Assembly (NCBI RefSeq): GCF_964213995.1
Contig: NC_135807.1
Location: 73,284,001 to 73,348,000, forward strand
Source: Mustelus asterias
Lineage: Eukaryota
Length of the DNA stretch: 64,000 nucleotides
Reading direction: 5' to 3'
In this document: positions 49,641 to 60,399 of the stretch, piece after piece
How positions within the stretch are numbered: position 1 is the stretch's first letter
How the letters are laid out: each line of letters starts with the position of its first letter
Program-made: the position numbers and the translations under genes
The notes under the pieces: generated by a model
The model's database searches: none
What the model was told of the DNA's origin: nothing
Seen by the model: only the letters and a program-made list of their open reading frames with translations

Positions 49641-52586
49641 CTAGACCATTCTTTTGTATCCCTCCATTCCCACTCCGTTCATATGGCTGTCTAGATAAGT
49701 CTTAAACGTTCCCAGTGTGTCCGCCTCCACCACCTTGCCCAGCAGCGCATTCCAGGCCCCCACCACCCTCTGTGTAAAATATGTCCTTCTGATATCTGTG
49801 TTAAACCTCCCCCCCTTCACCTTGAATCTATGACCCCTCGTGAACGTCACCACCGACCTGGGGGAAAGCTTCCCACCGTTCACCCTATCTATGCCTTGCA
49901 TAATTTTATACACCTCTATTAAGTCTCCCCTCATCCTCCGTCTTTCCAGGGAGAACAACCCCAGTTTACCCAATCTCTCCTCATAACTGAGCCCCTCCAT
50001 ACCAGACAACATCCTGGTAAACCTCCTCTGTACTCTCTCCAAAGCCTCCACGTCCTTCTGGTAGTGTGGCGACCAGAACTGGACGCAGTATTCCAAATGC
50101 GGCCGAACCAACGTTCTATACATTTGCAACATCAGACCCCAACTTTTATACTCTATGCCCCGTCCTATAAAGGCAAGCATGCCATATGCCTTCTTCACCA
50201 CCTTCTCCATCTGTGACGTCACCTTCAAGGATCTGTGGACTTGCACACCCAGGTCCCTCTGCGTATCTACACCCTTTATGGTTCTGCCATTTATCGTATA
50301 GCTCCTCCCTACATTATTTCTACCAAAATGCATCACTTCGCATTTATCAGGATTGAACTCCATCTGCCATTTCTTTGCCCAAATTTCCAGCCTATCTATA
50401 TCCTTCTGTAGCTTCTGACAATGCTCCTCACTATCTGCAAGTCCTGCCAATTTTGTGTCGTCCGCAAACTTACTGATCACTCCAGTTACACCTTCTTCCA
50501 GATCGTTTATATAAATCACAAACAGCAGAGGTCCCAATACAGAGCCCTGCGGAACACCACTAGTCGCAGGCCTCCAGCCGGAAAAAGACCCTTCCACTAC
50601 CACCCTCTGTCTTCTGTGACCAAACCAGTTCTCCACCCATCTAGCCACCTCCCCCTTTATCCCATGAGATCCAACCTTTTTCACCAGCCTGCCATGAGGG
50701 ACTTTGTCAAACGCTTTACTAAAGTCCATATAGACGACATCCACGGCCCTTCCATCGTCAGCCATTCTGGTCACTTCTTCAAAAAATTCTACCAGGTTAG
50801 TGAGGCATGACCTCCCTCTCACAAAACCATGCTGACTATCGTTAATGAGTTTATTCCTTTCTAAATGCGCATACAGCCTATCTCTAAGAATCTTCTCCAA
50901 CAACTTCCCCACCACGGACGTCAAGCTCACCGGCCTATAATTACCCGGGTTATCCTTCCTACCCTTCTTAAATAACGGGACCACATTAGCTATCCTCCAA
51001 TCCTCTGGGACCTCACCTGCGTCCAGTGGCGAGACAACGATTTGCGTCAGAAGCCCAGCGATTTCATCTCTCGTCTCCCTGAGCAGCCTTGGATAGATTC
51101 CATCAGGCTCTGGGGATTTGTCAGTCTTTATATTTTCTAACAAACCTAACACTTCCTCCCTTGTAATGGAGATTTTCTCCAACGGTTCAACACTCCCCTC
51201 CGAGACACTCCCAGTCAACACATCCCTCTCCTTTGTGAATACCGACGCAAAGTATTCATTTAGGATCTCCCCTACTTCTTTGGGCTCCAAGCATAATTCC
51301 CCACTTTTGTCCCTGAGAGGTCCGATTTTTTCCCTGACAACCCTTTTGTTCCTAACGTATGAATAAAATGCCTTGGGATTCTCCTTAATCCTGTCTGCCA
51401 AGGACATTTCGTGACCCCTTTTTGCCCTTCTAATTCCCCGTTTGAGTTCTTTCCTACTTTCTTTGTACTCCTCCAGAGCTCCCTCCATTTTTAGCTGCCT
51501 GGACCTAACATACGCCTCTCTTTTCTTTTTGACCAGTCCCTCAATTTCCCTGGTTATCCACGGTTCTCGAATCCTACCCTTCCTATCCTTTTTTACAGGC
51601 ACATGCCTGTCCTGTAGACCTAACAACTGTTCCTTAAAAGACTCCCACATGCCAGATGTGTATTTACCCTCAAACAGCCTCTCCCAATCAAGAGCTGCCA
51701 ATTTCTGCCTAATCCCACTAAAGTTAGCCTTCCCCCAATCCAACACCTTACCCTTGGGACACCACTCATCCTTTTCCATCACTATCCTAAAGCTAACAGA
51801 ATTGTGGTCACTATTTGCCACATGTTCCCCTACCAAAACTTTGAAGACCTGACCGGGCTCATTCCCCAGTACTAGGTCCAGTATAGCCCCCTCTCTAGTC
51901 GGGCTATCTACATATTGTTCCAAAGAACCCTCCTGTACGCATTTCACAAATTCCTCCCCATTCAGAGTCCCAGCTCTCAGCAATTTCCAGTCTATACCAG
52001 GGAAATTGAAGTCTCCCACTACAACAACCCTATTTTTCCTGCACCCATCCAGTATCTCTTGACATATCCGTTCTTCCACTTCCCTTGGGCTGTTGGGGGG
52101 TCTGTAGTATACCCCCAACATAGTGACTGTGCCCTTCCTGTTTCTAAGCTCCACCCAGAGTGACTCGTTACACGACCCCTCTGAATTGTCCTCCCTCTGC
52201 ACCGCTGTAATATGCTCTCCAACTAATACTGCTACTCCCCCACCTCTTTTGGCCCCTCCTCTGTCTCGCCTAAAACACTTGTACCCCGGAATATTCAGCT
52301 GCCAGTCCTGTCCCTCTTTCAACCAAGTCTCTGTCACCGCAACCACATCCAAATTCCTTGTGAGCATTAAGGCCCTAAGTTCGTCTGTCTTACCTGCTAC
52401 GCTCCTTGCATTGAAGTATAAGCACTCCAGACCTCCAGGCCCAGTGAGGTCATCCTCCCCCAGAGTGCTCTTCTTCTTTGCCAGCCTTGTCCCAGCCCCA
52501 AGCTCGTCCCCAGCCTCTACACTTGTAGACCTAATATTTTGATCCCCACCCCCCTGCCATACTAGTTTAAACCCCCGCGAACTGCA
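49641..52586 (-). CDS. CR1 ORF2 (APE endonuclease + reverse transcriptase); stop-free from 52586, first AUG only at 52367
   Basis: 908-aa track ORF with VAVTETW, GDFN, SDH, GVPQGSVLGP, FADD; upstream in-frame extension KLVWQGGGD...LECLYFNARS read by hand. Confidence 0.9.
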   Translation of the reverse strand, partial: CSSRGFKLVWQGGGDQNIRSTSVEAGDELGAGTRLAKKKSTLGEDDLTGPGGLECLYFNARSVAGKTDELRALMLTRNLDVVAVTETWLKEGQDWQLNIPGYKCFRRDRGGAKRGGGVAVLVGEHITAVQREDNSEGSCNESLWVELRNRKGTVTMLGVYYRPPNSPREVEERICQEILDGCRKNRVVVVGDFNFPGIDWKLLRAGTLNGEEFVKCVQEGSLEQYVDSPTREGAILDLVLGNEPGQVFKVLVGEHVANSDHNSVSFRIVMEKDEWCPKGKVLDWGKANFSGIRQKLAALDWERLFEGKYTSGMWESFKEQLLGLQDRHVPVKKDRKGRIREPWITREIEGLVKKKREAYVRSRQLKMEGALEEYKESRKELKRGIRRAKRGHEMSLADRIKENPKAFYSYVRNKRVVREKIGPLRDKSGELCLEPKEVGEILNEYFASVFTKERDVLTGSVSEGSVEPLEKISITREEVLGLLENIKTDKSPEPDGIYPRLLRETRDEIAGLLTQIVVSPLDAGEVPEDWRIANVVPLFKKGRKDNPGNYRPVSLTSVVGKLLEKILRDRLYAHLERNKLINDSQHGFVRGRSCLTNLVEFFEEVTRMADDGRAVDVVYMDFSKAFDKVPHGRLVKKVGSHGIKGEVARWVENWFGHRRQRVVVEGSFSGWRPATSGVPQGSVLGPLLFVIYINDLEEGVTGVISKFADDTKLAGLADSEEHCQKLQKDIDRLEIWAKKWQMEFNPDKCEVMHFGRNNVGRSYTINGRTIKGVDTQRDLGVQVHRSLKVTSQMEKVVKKAYGMLAFIGRGIEYKSWGLMLQMYRTLVRPHLEYCVQFWSPHYQKDVEALERVQRRFTRMLSGMEGLSYEERLGKLGLFSLERRRMRGDLIEVYKIMQGIDRVNGGKLSPRSVVTFTRGHRFKVKGGRFNTDIRRTYFTQRVVGAWNALLGKVVEADTLGTFKTYLDSHMNGVGMEGYKRMV

Positions 52587-53290
52587 CTAGCAAAACTCCC
52601 AGCCAGGATATTCGTGCCCTTCCAACTTAGTTGTGACCCGTCCTTCTTGTACAGGTTCCATCCTCTCCTGAAAACTTCCCATTGATCTAGGAAAATGAAG
52701 CCCTCCCTCCTGGACCAGTCCTTTAGCCAAGCATTCAATTGTACTAACTCCCTATTCTTAGCCTCACTGGCACGAGGCATTGGGAGCAGCCCAGAGATGG
52801 CCACCCTGGAGGCCCTACTTTTTAGTCTATTTCCCAACTCCCTGAATTGCTCTCGTAGGATCCCCCTGCTCTTCCTATCTACGTCATTTGCACCAATGTG
52901 TACAATGACATCCGTTTCTTTATCTTCCCCTTTTAAGATGCCTCCTATCCGCTTGGAAACATCCATTACCCCAGCACCAGGTAGGCAGACTACCATCCTG
53001 GAGTCCCGTTCGCACCCACAGAATCGCCTGTCCATGCCTCTAACCGACGCATCCCCCACCACTATTGCTCTCCTAACCCCTCTCTTTCCTTTCTGGGCCA
53101 CAGAGCCTGACTGTGTGCCAGTGACCTGGTCACTGTGGCTTACCCCTGGAGAGTCATCCTCCTCCACACTATCCAAAACAATATACTTGTTTTGGAGTGG
53201 GACAACCACAGGTGACCCCTCCACCAATTGCTCACTCTCCTCCCCTCTCACACCTGTCGCCGAGCCCTTCCTATTATGAGAGACAGCCAC
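52562..53290 (-). CDS. CR1 ORF1, SGNH-esterase-like domain (N-terminally truncated)
   Basis: AIVVGDASVRG, CLPGA, HIGANDV, ISGLLP, LYKKDGSQLS blocks; zinc finger absent. Confidence 0.85.
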   Translation of the reverse strand: MAVSHNRKGSATGVRGEESEQLVEGSPVVVPLQNKYIVLDSVEEDDSPGVSHSDQVTGTQSGSVAQKGKRGVRRAIVVGDASVRGMDRRFCGCERDSRMVVCLPGAGVMDVSKRIGGILKGEDKETDVIVHIGANDVDRKSRGILREQFRELGNRLKSRASRVAISGLLPMPRASEAKNRELVQLNAWLKDWSRREGFIFLDQWEVFRRGWNLYKKDGSQLSWKGTNILAGSFASAVRGGLN

Positions 53291-54239
53291 TGGAGTACTC
53301 TTTGGTACGTTACCCTTCTGACCTTTACTGTACTGTCGAGAAACATAGCAGCCAAATTACACATAGTAAGGTTCCAAAATCAGGAATAAGAGAATGATCA
53401 GGTAAATTGTTTAAGTGACTTTGGTGAATGATGAATTTTGGCTTGGATACTGGGAGAATACAGTGTTTTTTTCTGAATAGTGTCATGGGATTTTTTATGT
53501 ACATATATGGGAGCAACCACTTGTCAAGGAAGAGATACCTAACTGGTGGAAAGGGGCTTTCATGAGGGTCAGCAGGACAGCACAAAGGGTACCAAGACAA
53601 CTTGGACCTGACCTTGATTAGTGGATGGATGTCTGACCCCAGAAAGATCAATTTGTTGTACATAGCACAAAGGATAGTGAAACCTTGGTGAGCATTCGTT
53701 ATTGTGCATGAAATGTCTGCACATTTTAAAGTCTTCACTGCACAGCTGTACATATGGCCTGCTCAGAGCTCTAGCAATTAAGACATTTGTTCACTGCTTG
53801 AGGAATGTGTATTAGTGCAGGCAAAGAGTGATCGGCTGATTTCTATCTGATGACTTATCCAACCAATTCTAAAAGGGAGAAATACCGATACACCCATAGT
53901 GTTCTGGCCAGGTGATACTCATGAACAGAATCGAATCAGCCTGCATGCTCTATGAAGCTGGGGTCAGCTTCAGTTACCAAATATGGTGTTCTGCAAAAGC
54001 AATTCTCTTTTTTTGAATCTTAGATCAATTGAATTTAAAGAAACATTAATTTACTCTTGAATTGTTCCAAAATGAGTCAATCACATCTCGAGTATAAAGG
54101 AAAAGATCAGAAACATCATTTGCAATCAGATTGCCTAAGTAGTCTAAAAGACAAGTGTAGAACTGACTACAGTTCAAGAAATTATAAAATGCTGAGTGGG
54201 ATGATTCAGGTTCCATGATATATTCAAAATTGTAACATT

Positions 54240-54978
54240 AGAAGGGTACCATTCTTAGCAGTGTAGAGGATCAGAAGGACCTTGGGGTCCGGGTCCATAG
54301 GACTCTTAAATCGGCCTCGCAGGTGGAGGATGCGGTCAAGAAGGCGTATGGCGTACTAGCCTTCATTAATCGAGGGATTGAGTTTAGGAGTCGGGAGATA
54401 ATGCTGCAGCTTTATAGGACCCTGGTTAGACCCCACTTGGAGTACTGCGCGCAGTTCTGGTCACCTCATTACAGGAAAGATGTTGAAGCCATTGAAAGGG
54501 TGCAGAGGAGATTTACAAGGATGTTGCCTGGATTGGGGGGCATGCCTTATGAGGATAGGTTGAGGGAGCTTGGTCTCTTCTCCCTGGAGAGACAAAGGAT
54601 GAGAGGTGACCTGATAGAGGTTTACAAGATGTTGAGGGGTCTGGATAGGGTGGACTCTCAGAGGCTATTTCCAAGGGCTGAAATGGTTGCTACGAGAGGA
54701 CACAGGTTTAAGGTGCTGGGGGGTAGGTACAGGGGGGATGTCAGGGGTAAGTTTTTCACTCAGAGGGTGGTGGGTGAGTGGAATCGGCTGACGTCGGTGG
54801 TGGTGGAGGCAAACTCGTTGGGGTCTTTTAAGAGACTTCTGGATGAGTACATGGGATTTAATGGGATTGAGGGCTATAGATAGGCCTAGAGGTGGGGATG
54901 TGATCGGCGCAACTTGTGGGCCGAAGGGCCTGTTTGTGCTGTGGCTTTCTATGTTCTATGTTCTATGTTCTATGTTCT
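54240..54978 (+). mobile_element. Young CR1 3' fragment
   Basis: 186-aa ORF 54323..54883 nearly identical to 17873..18355; (ttctatg)x4 tail. Confidence 0.95.
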
Positions 54979-57959
54979 AGATTGGTGACCAGAGATAATT
55001 TCACTTCTTAATCAGTGGAACATAACAGACAGGACCTCATTACTGGAACCTTCATTATTTTTACTTTTTTTTTACCATAACGTTACACATCCACTTGCTA
55101 CAGATTCTAAAGGTCCAGGTACGGTTGTCTCAAATCCAGCTACATCTGAAAACCTCACATTTTTAAGCTGCCAGGCATGAATTTTTATCAGTAGATGAGT
55201 AAAATAACTTAACACCTTGTTGGGCCAGGTGCTTCATTGGTGCAAAGGCATGCCAACCAGTTTTCTTAGCTTTACACACCTGTCCTTTCCTGTGCTCCAA
55301 ATGGTCTGAGTGACCCTTGACCCAACCTGATCCAAACTGCTCAACCCAAACCACCTGTCATGGAAATCGATAAGATCCAATATCTGACACAGACCTGGTC
55401 CAGAGGTTGCCTGTTTTGAGACACTGCGTACCTGTACGTGATGGAGGAAATCTTGTGACACAGCAGGTGGCATCCCAGCCTCAGCCAGAAACTCCAAGTT
55501 CGAGTCCCACTCTCGGACTTGATGGTCAGAGAAGGTGCGTTCATAACATGGCCAAACATGTTAATTATTAATATCATAAAAGCAAAATACTGGAGATCTG
55601 AAATAGAAACAAAGAGCTGGGAGAAATGTTTCAAGTCGAATATGACTCTTTGAATATAACTCTTCTTGCCTGAGCCAGCACTTGAAGAAAATTCTGCCCA
55701 ACCTGTATAAAATTCAGAAGTTGCATAGTACGATAAGACTTAAGTCCATAAGACGCAGGAGCAGAAGTAGGCCATTAGGCCTATCGAGTCTGCCCTGCCA
55801 TTCAATGAAATCCTGACTGGTCTGATATGATGATCCTCAACTCCACTTTCCTGCCTTATCCCCATAACCCTTACTGATTAAATATCTGTCAATCTCAGAT
55901 ATGATGCAAGAATGTGGGTAACAGTAAAGGAATGACATTACATGATCAACTTCAGCATTAATTTCCCACTTCCTGCAAAGGACCACCAACCTCAGTTGCC
56001 CATTTCACCATCAGAACCACTTGTGCAGGCAAGAGTTACAATAAAAAATGATGCATTCACCATAACTCGAATACAACCTAATACTTTACCAGCTGGGTTA
56101 TATGTGTGCTTGAGAAATGGAACAAAAAAAGGAGGAAATTGGGTTAACCATCCAATAACAAGTGGCTCGAGGCTCACATCACATTGGACCTTGAGATGTT
56201 TTCATATCATTGGCAGGCGATTCAGTGAGACGTGCCAGTCTGGTCTGAAGGTATATTGTGGGTGATCAGAGGAGCAGGGGGCACCGTACCATACCATTCC
56301 ATCCCCCTCCCCCACCCCACCCCCAGTAAAGCAAAGCAAACAAATGATTTTATTTCACATGAAGAGGAAATAAATTCTTATGTAAGAACAACACCATCCC
56401 TTTCACATTTTCAGCATTGAACCTTTTAAAGTAGCTATTCTAATGACGTGCTAACTAAATTAAAATGAGTTTGATGCATGTCAGAACATAGCGCCGGCTG
56501 CATAATACTGAAACTGCTTTGCATTTTGATATTGAAATCCCAGAATGTGAGCGCAGTAGAATTCCTTCAAGTTAAATTTAAATCTGGAAGCTTCAGTCTA
56601 ACTTCAGTCCAAACATAAAATTATTGTCACTCTTCCAAGTTCAAAATTATGTAAATGTTGGCTGCAGGAGGGTTACATATGTGTAATGTAATTTTTCTCC
56701 ACTGAGAGCAGTAATTTTTAAATTACTTTGTATTCACCACCCCTAAAGTAAGTATGTCACTGTATATCCAGTGGAGATTTGAATAATAAGTGAAATTAAT
56801 ACCCCGTGCTACAACAGTGTTGGCATTGGCTGTGGCTTGAAACATTCCAAATCTGTTGAGGGAATAAATCAGATTGTGAATCCATTTTTAATAAAATGCT
56901 ATGAAATTGTGCTCGGAACTTAAACTGAAGAACTGAATTCAACATGAATGACACATGCCTGTCATGAAGGCTCTGGTGTGTGGTGCCAGCATAATGGGAT
57001 TAAGCGCACCAGACTTCAGCACTGTTGAGTAGAGTGTGTTAAACTCAGGGGAATAACTTGCCAGCTAATACTGGAGTGCAAACAACCTTTTATACTGCAC
57101 CATATTTCAAGAAGTGGTTCTGAAATACTTTCGGCTCTGTGTATTGTGGAATTTGGCTCAGGAATGTTACAAGGTGGATTCAGTAGAATTGAAGCCAGAT
57201 ATAAACACTGATTTGAAAGTCACCAATTACAGGACCAACCTTCCACAATAAATGGGAAAGGCCATCAGGAGAAAACCTCATCTGTGGCCTTTATGAATAG
57301 CCAAGAGCTAGGTTCCCCATGTAAATGGTAATAATGGCAGCCTCACCATTGTATTCACACTTGCTGTCACGGTCTTTGCTGCCTCTTAAAGTTTTGGCAT
57401 TGTTGAATTCTTGAAATAGTTCTTGCCACCTGGTGAAAGTCTTTCACTTATTGGTAGCATTCCAACCTGTGAGTTCAAGCTGTTGTGTTCAAATTCTGAT
57501 CCAAACAATCTTCACAAATGGAGAACAAAGATCTGGCTCTCAGTTCTGGGTTAACACCCAATGAGATACCTGCATCGGATTTATGTGGGTGGCCTCCCCC
57601 TCATTATATAAGTTGCGGGAGACCACAAAATCCTTCCAGCATTTAGGGCTAATTAGCCTACTGGCTGGTATAAAGACGGTTCAAGTCATGGAAGCAGCAT
57701 TGTAGCACAGACTGTTAATCAGCTTGTGAATTCTTTCACTACTTTCACACAATTCTCGAAGAGTAGAGTGTTGAAATACAAAAGATATCAATACAGAAGT
57801 GAAAAATTAACTTCAAAATCCAAATCAAAATATCCAATTTGACGTGTCCACGCCCAGGAGGAGGGAAGAGAAGAAATTTGATGAGGAAAAGGAGAGAGGA
57901 TGGAGTGGTGAGGTAAACTATGTAGCAGAAATTTAGAATTATGAGGGGAAAAAGATACT

Positions 57960-59690
57960 TGGGGTAAATTGGATGGGCCCCAAAAGCAGGCATGGGTAGC
58001 GCAATATGCGATTAGCTCACACCTATTGATTGAAATGAAAGCAGCATGCCAACTTAATGCTACCTGCTCAATCATTGTTATTGGCTGCACACATTAGCAG
58101 AGGGCCAATAGCGTAACTTTGTAACCACATAAAGCTAGCCCGCATTGCTTAAAAGGGAGGTGCATTGTGGCTGATGCTTGTTCTGCCAATTATACAGGAA
58201 ATGAGTTGGCAAGGTCAGTGAATGCATCTTTAAATGTTATATCCTACTACCTGCACCACTAGTCCCATACACTGCTCCATGCACATGTTCATCCCTCACC
58301 TACCAACAGTTTCTATCAAGCTAGTCTCATGTAACATTGATAGCTTCACCTCACCCTGACACACTTATCACTGCTGTAAGTCTCACATTCACATCTCACA
58401 GCAAGCACTCTTTGCAGCAATTCAACCATGTCAGCTATACCACCCAAACAGATTGCGCCATCCCCACTGACACTCTTCTCTCTTTCTTGCAGGGTGTCTA
58501 GAGAAAGCGGGGACTAACCAAAGAGGGACAAGCAAAACTGCGTGTCTTAGCTTCCATGGAAGAGACAGTGTTGGCCATTTTTGGAACGGCCATTGATAAG
58601 GGTGTGGCAAGCAGTGGTGCTGAAATCAAATATGTCAGTGTCCTCATATGTAATCTTCTTTCTCACATCACATTTCCCCCGGATTCTACAATCACTTCTG
58701 ATTTACGAGCTGCAGGTCGTGTAAGCAGATTTCTCCCCACCCTCCCCTCACTGCAACCTTCTCCTTGTGTCTTTCTCCTTTCAGATATCCAGGAGGTGAG
58801 GAAGTGGCAGTGGAGGCACAACAAGAAGATAGTGATAACGCTGCAGAGGACTCAGATGGGAACTTTGATAGGGCAGCCTACAACACTGATGGATATGTAG
58901 AACAAAATGCTAAGTGCACTGGGAAGCCTTCCAGAAAGCCTGCCTTTGATGACAAGGAGCATGGAGGAGTCAGCATCAACTTGGCACAGGGCTTTTGTAA
59001 CCCATCTTTTCAGGCATAGAAGTAGTGACCAATTTCATTTACATACTTGAGAGGCCCAACCATGATGGCTAATGTAATAACTTCCATTGCAGCACAAACA
59101 GCAACTCCAATGTTTAAGTGCTGCAATGGAAGCTCTGACCAAGATTGTGTAGGTTCAGATTGCTGTCACCATCACTGTGGGTTGCAATGTACAAAGAGGC
59201 TTGCAGGCTGTTACAGTCTAGCAATCTGCTTTCCAACACATTATAATGAGTGCTGAGGGGCACTCTCCCCAGGCCTCCAAGGTGAGTGGCAGTGACTCCA
59301 TGGAGCAAGATCCTGCTGTTCTCTCTCAGGGTAACAGCATTCTTCTTCCCACCCTTCTACTCTGCTGGTGCCCTTGCTGCTACCTGTAGACTGCTGGCCC
59401 TCACACCGAGGTGGTGCAGTTGGCAGCTGGGCTTTCTAAGGTCAGAGTTGCTTGAGGTGATCCTCCAAGTCTATCTGCAGTTTTCTTCATTAAAAATCAC
59501 AAGACCTTCAGCAGCAATGCTGCAGTCATTGGGGAACACTGCATGGAAGACAGCCACTAAGTGAATGTTAGGAGTGTTTAGTTTAGATTTGCACACTGTT
59601 ACATGGTTTAACTCATATATTTGGCTTGAAATCTTTATTTGTGACTTTTATTTTTGCATTGTGGCCTAGAGGACACTGTGATAATGAATG
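57960..59690 (+). pseudogene. Probable Harbinger/PIF-derived Myb/SANT (NAIF1-like) gene remnant with intron-exon traces
   Basis: Acceptor tctctctttcttgcag (58492) then GQAKLRVLASMEETVLAIFG, like the TGGG..LTPxEExVL motif; second acceptor tttctcctttcag (58784) then acidic stretch; outer limits uncertain. Confidence 0.45.
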
Positions 59691-59692
59691 AG

Positions 59693-60108
59693 GTGAGTAG
59701 GGGAGTGACAGCGAGTAAAGGAGTGACGGAGAGTAGGGGAGTGACAGAGAATAGGGGAATGACAGCGAGTAGGGGAGAGTAGGGGAGTGACAGAGTGGGG
59801 GAGAGTAGGGGAGTGAAGGAGAGTAGGGGAGAGTAGGGGAGTGAAGGAGAGTAGGGGAGAGTAGGGGAGTGACAGAGAGTAGGGGAGAGTAGGGGAGTGA
59901 CAGAGAGTAGGGGAGAGTAGGGGAGTGACAGAGAGTAGGGGAGAGTAGAGGAGTGACAGAGAGTAGGGGAGAGTAGGGGAGTGACAGAGAGTAGGGGAGT
60001 GACGGAGTAGGGAGAGTAGGGGAGTGACAGAGGAGGGGAGAGTAGGGGAGTGACGGAGAGTAGGGGAGAGTAGGGAGTGACAGAGAGTAGGGGAGTAACG
60101 GCGAGTAG
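59693..60108. repeat. Purine-rich minisatellite (gagtagggga / gagtaggggagtgacaga)
   Basis: Direct tandem repeats with many GGGG runs. Confidence 0.95.
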
Positions 60109-60185
60109 TTTCCTATCTGGACTGGAAACTTTGGTGGAAAGGGAAATGGGTGCAACATTAGAATCAGCTCCCACCCAAAGATATC

Positions 60186-60322
60186 GGGCCAAATTTTCTA
60201 GTCCCGCCTGCTGCGGGAATGGTAACGGGCAGGAGAGAAAATTTGGTGGACCATTTAAAGGTTCATTGACCTCAGGTGGGATTCTCCGGTCTTGGGGTGC
60301 ACGGGGCCAGAGAATCCCGCCC
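60186..60322. mobile_element. MITE, Harbinger-like
   Basis: TIR gggccaaattttct / agagaatcccgccc; internal cattgacctcaggtgggatt is the inverse of the 24248-24266 segment; flanks atc/ata. Confidence 0.6.
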
Positions 60323-60399
60323 ATAAGCCTTAAAACTTGTTTTTCTATCTGCCCAAAACTAGTTCAGACTTTTGGTCCTGCTGCAGGTGGTTTGAAGTC

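Larger units (their letters stand above)
49568..53300 (-). mobile_element. Young 5'-truncated CR1 LINE with intact ORF2
   Basis: Two uninterrupted ORFs, CpGs retained, 3' stem-loop gggccgaagggcc and (ttctttg)n tail. Confidence 0.97.
49470..53560 (-). mobile_element. Old Deu-domain SINE split by the CR1 insertion (pieces ~49470-49567 and ~53335-53560)
   Basis: Left ttgcatttatttaagcacctttaa...; right gaaacatagcagccaaatt...ctgaatagtgtcatgggattttttatg continue one element. Confidence 0.5.

Noticed and set aside
50421-53279. Plus-strand ORFs overlapping the CR1
   Set aside because: Antisense shadows of the intact CR1 ORFs.
59613-60324. 181 and 229 aa Pro/Ser/Leu-rich ORFs
   Set aside because: Antisense of a purine-rich tandem repeat.
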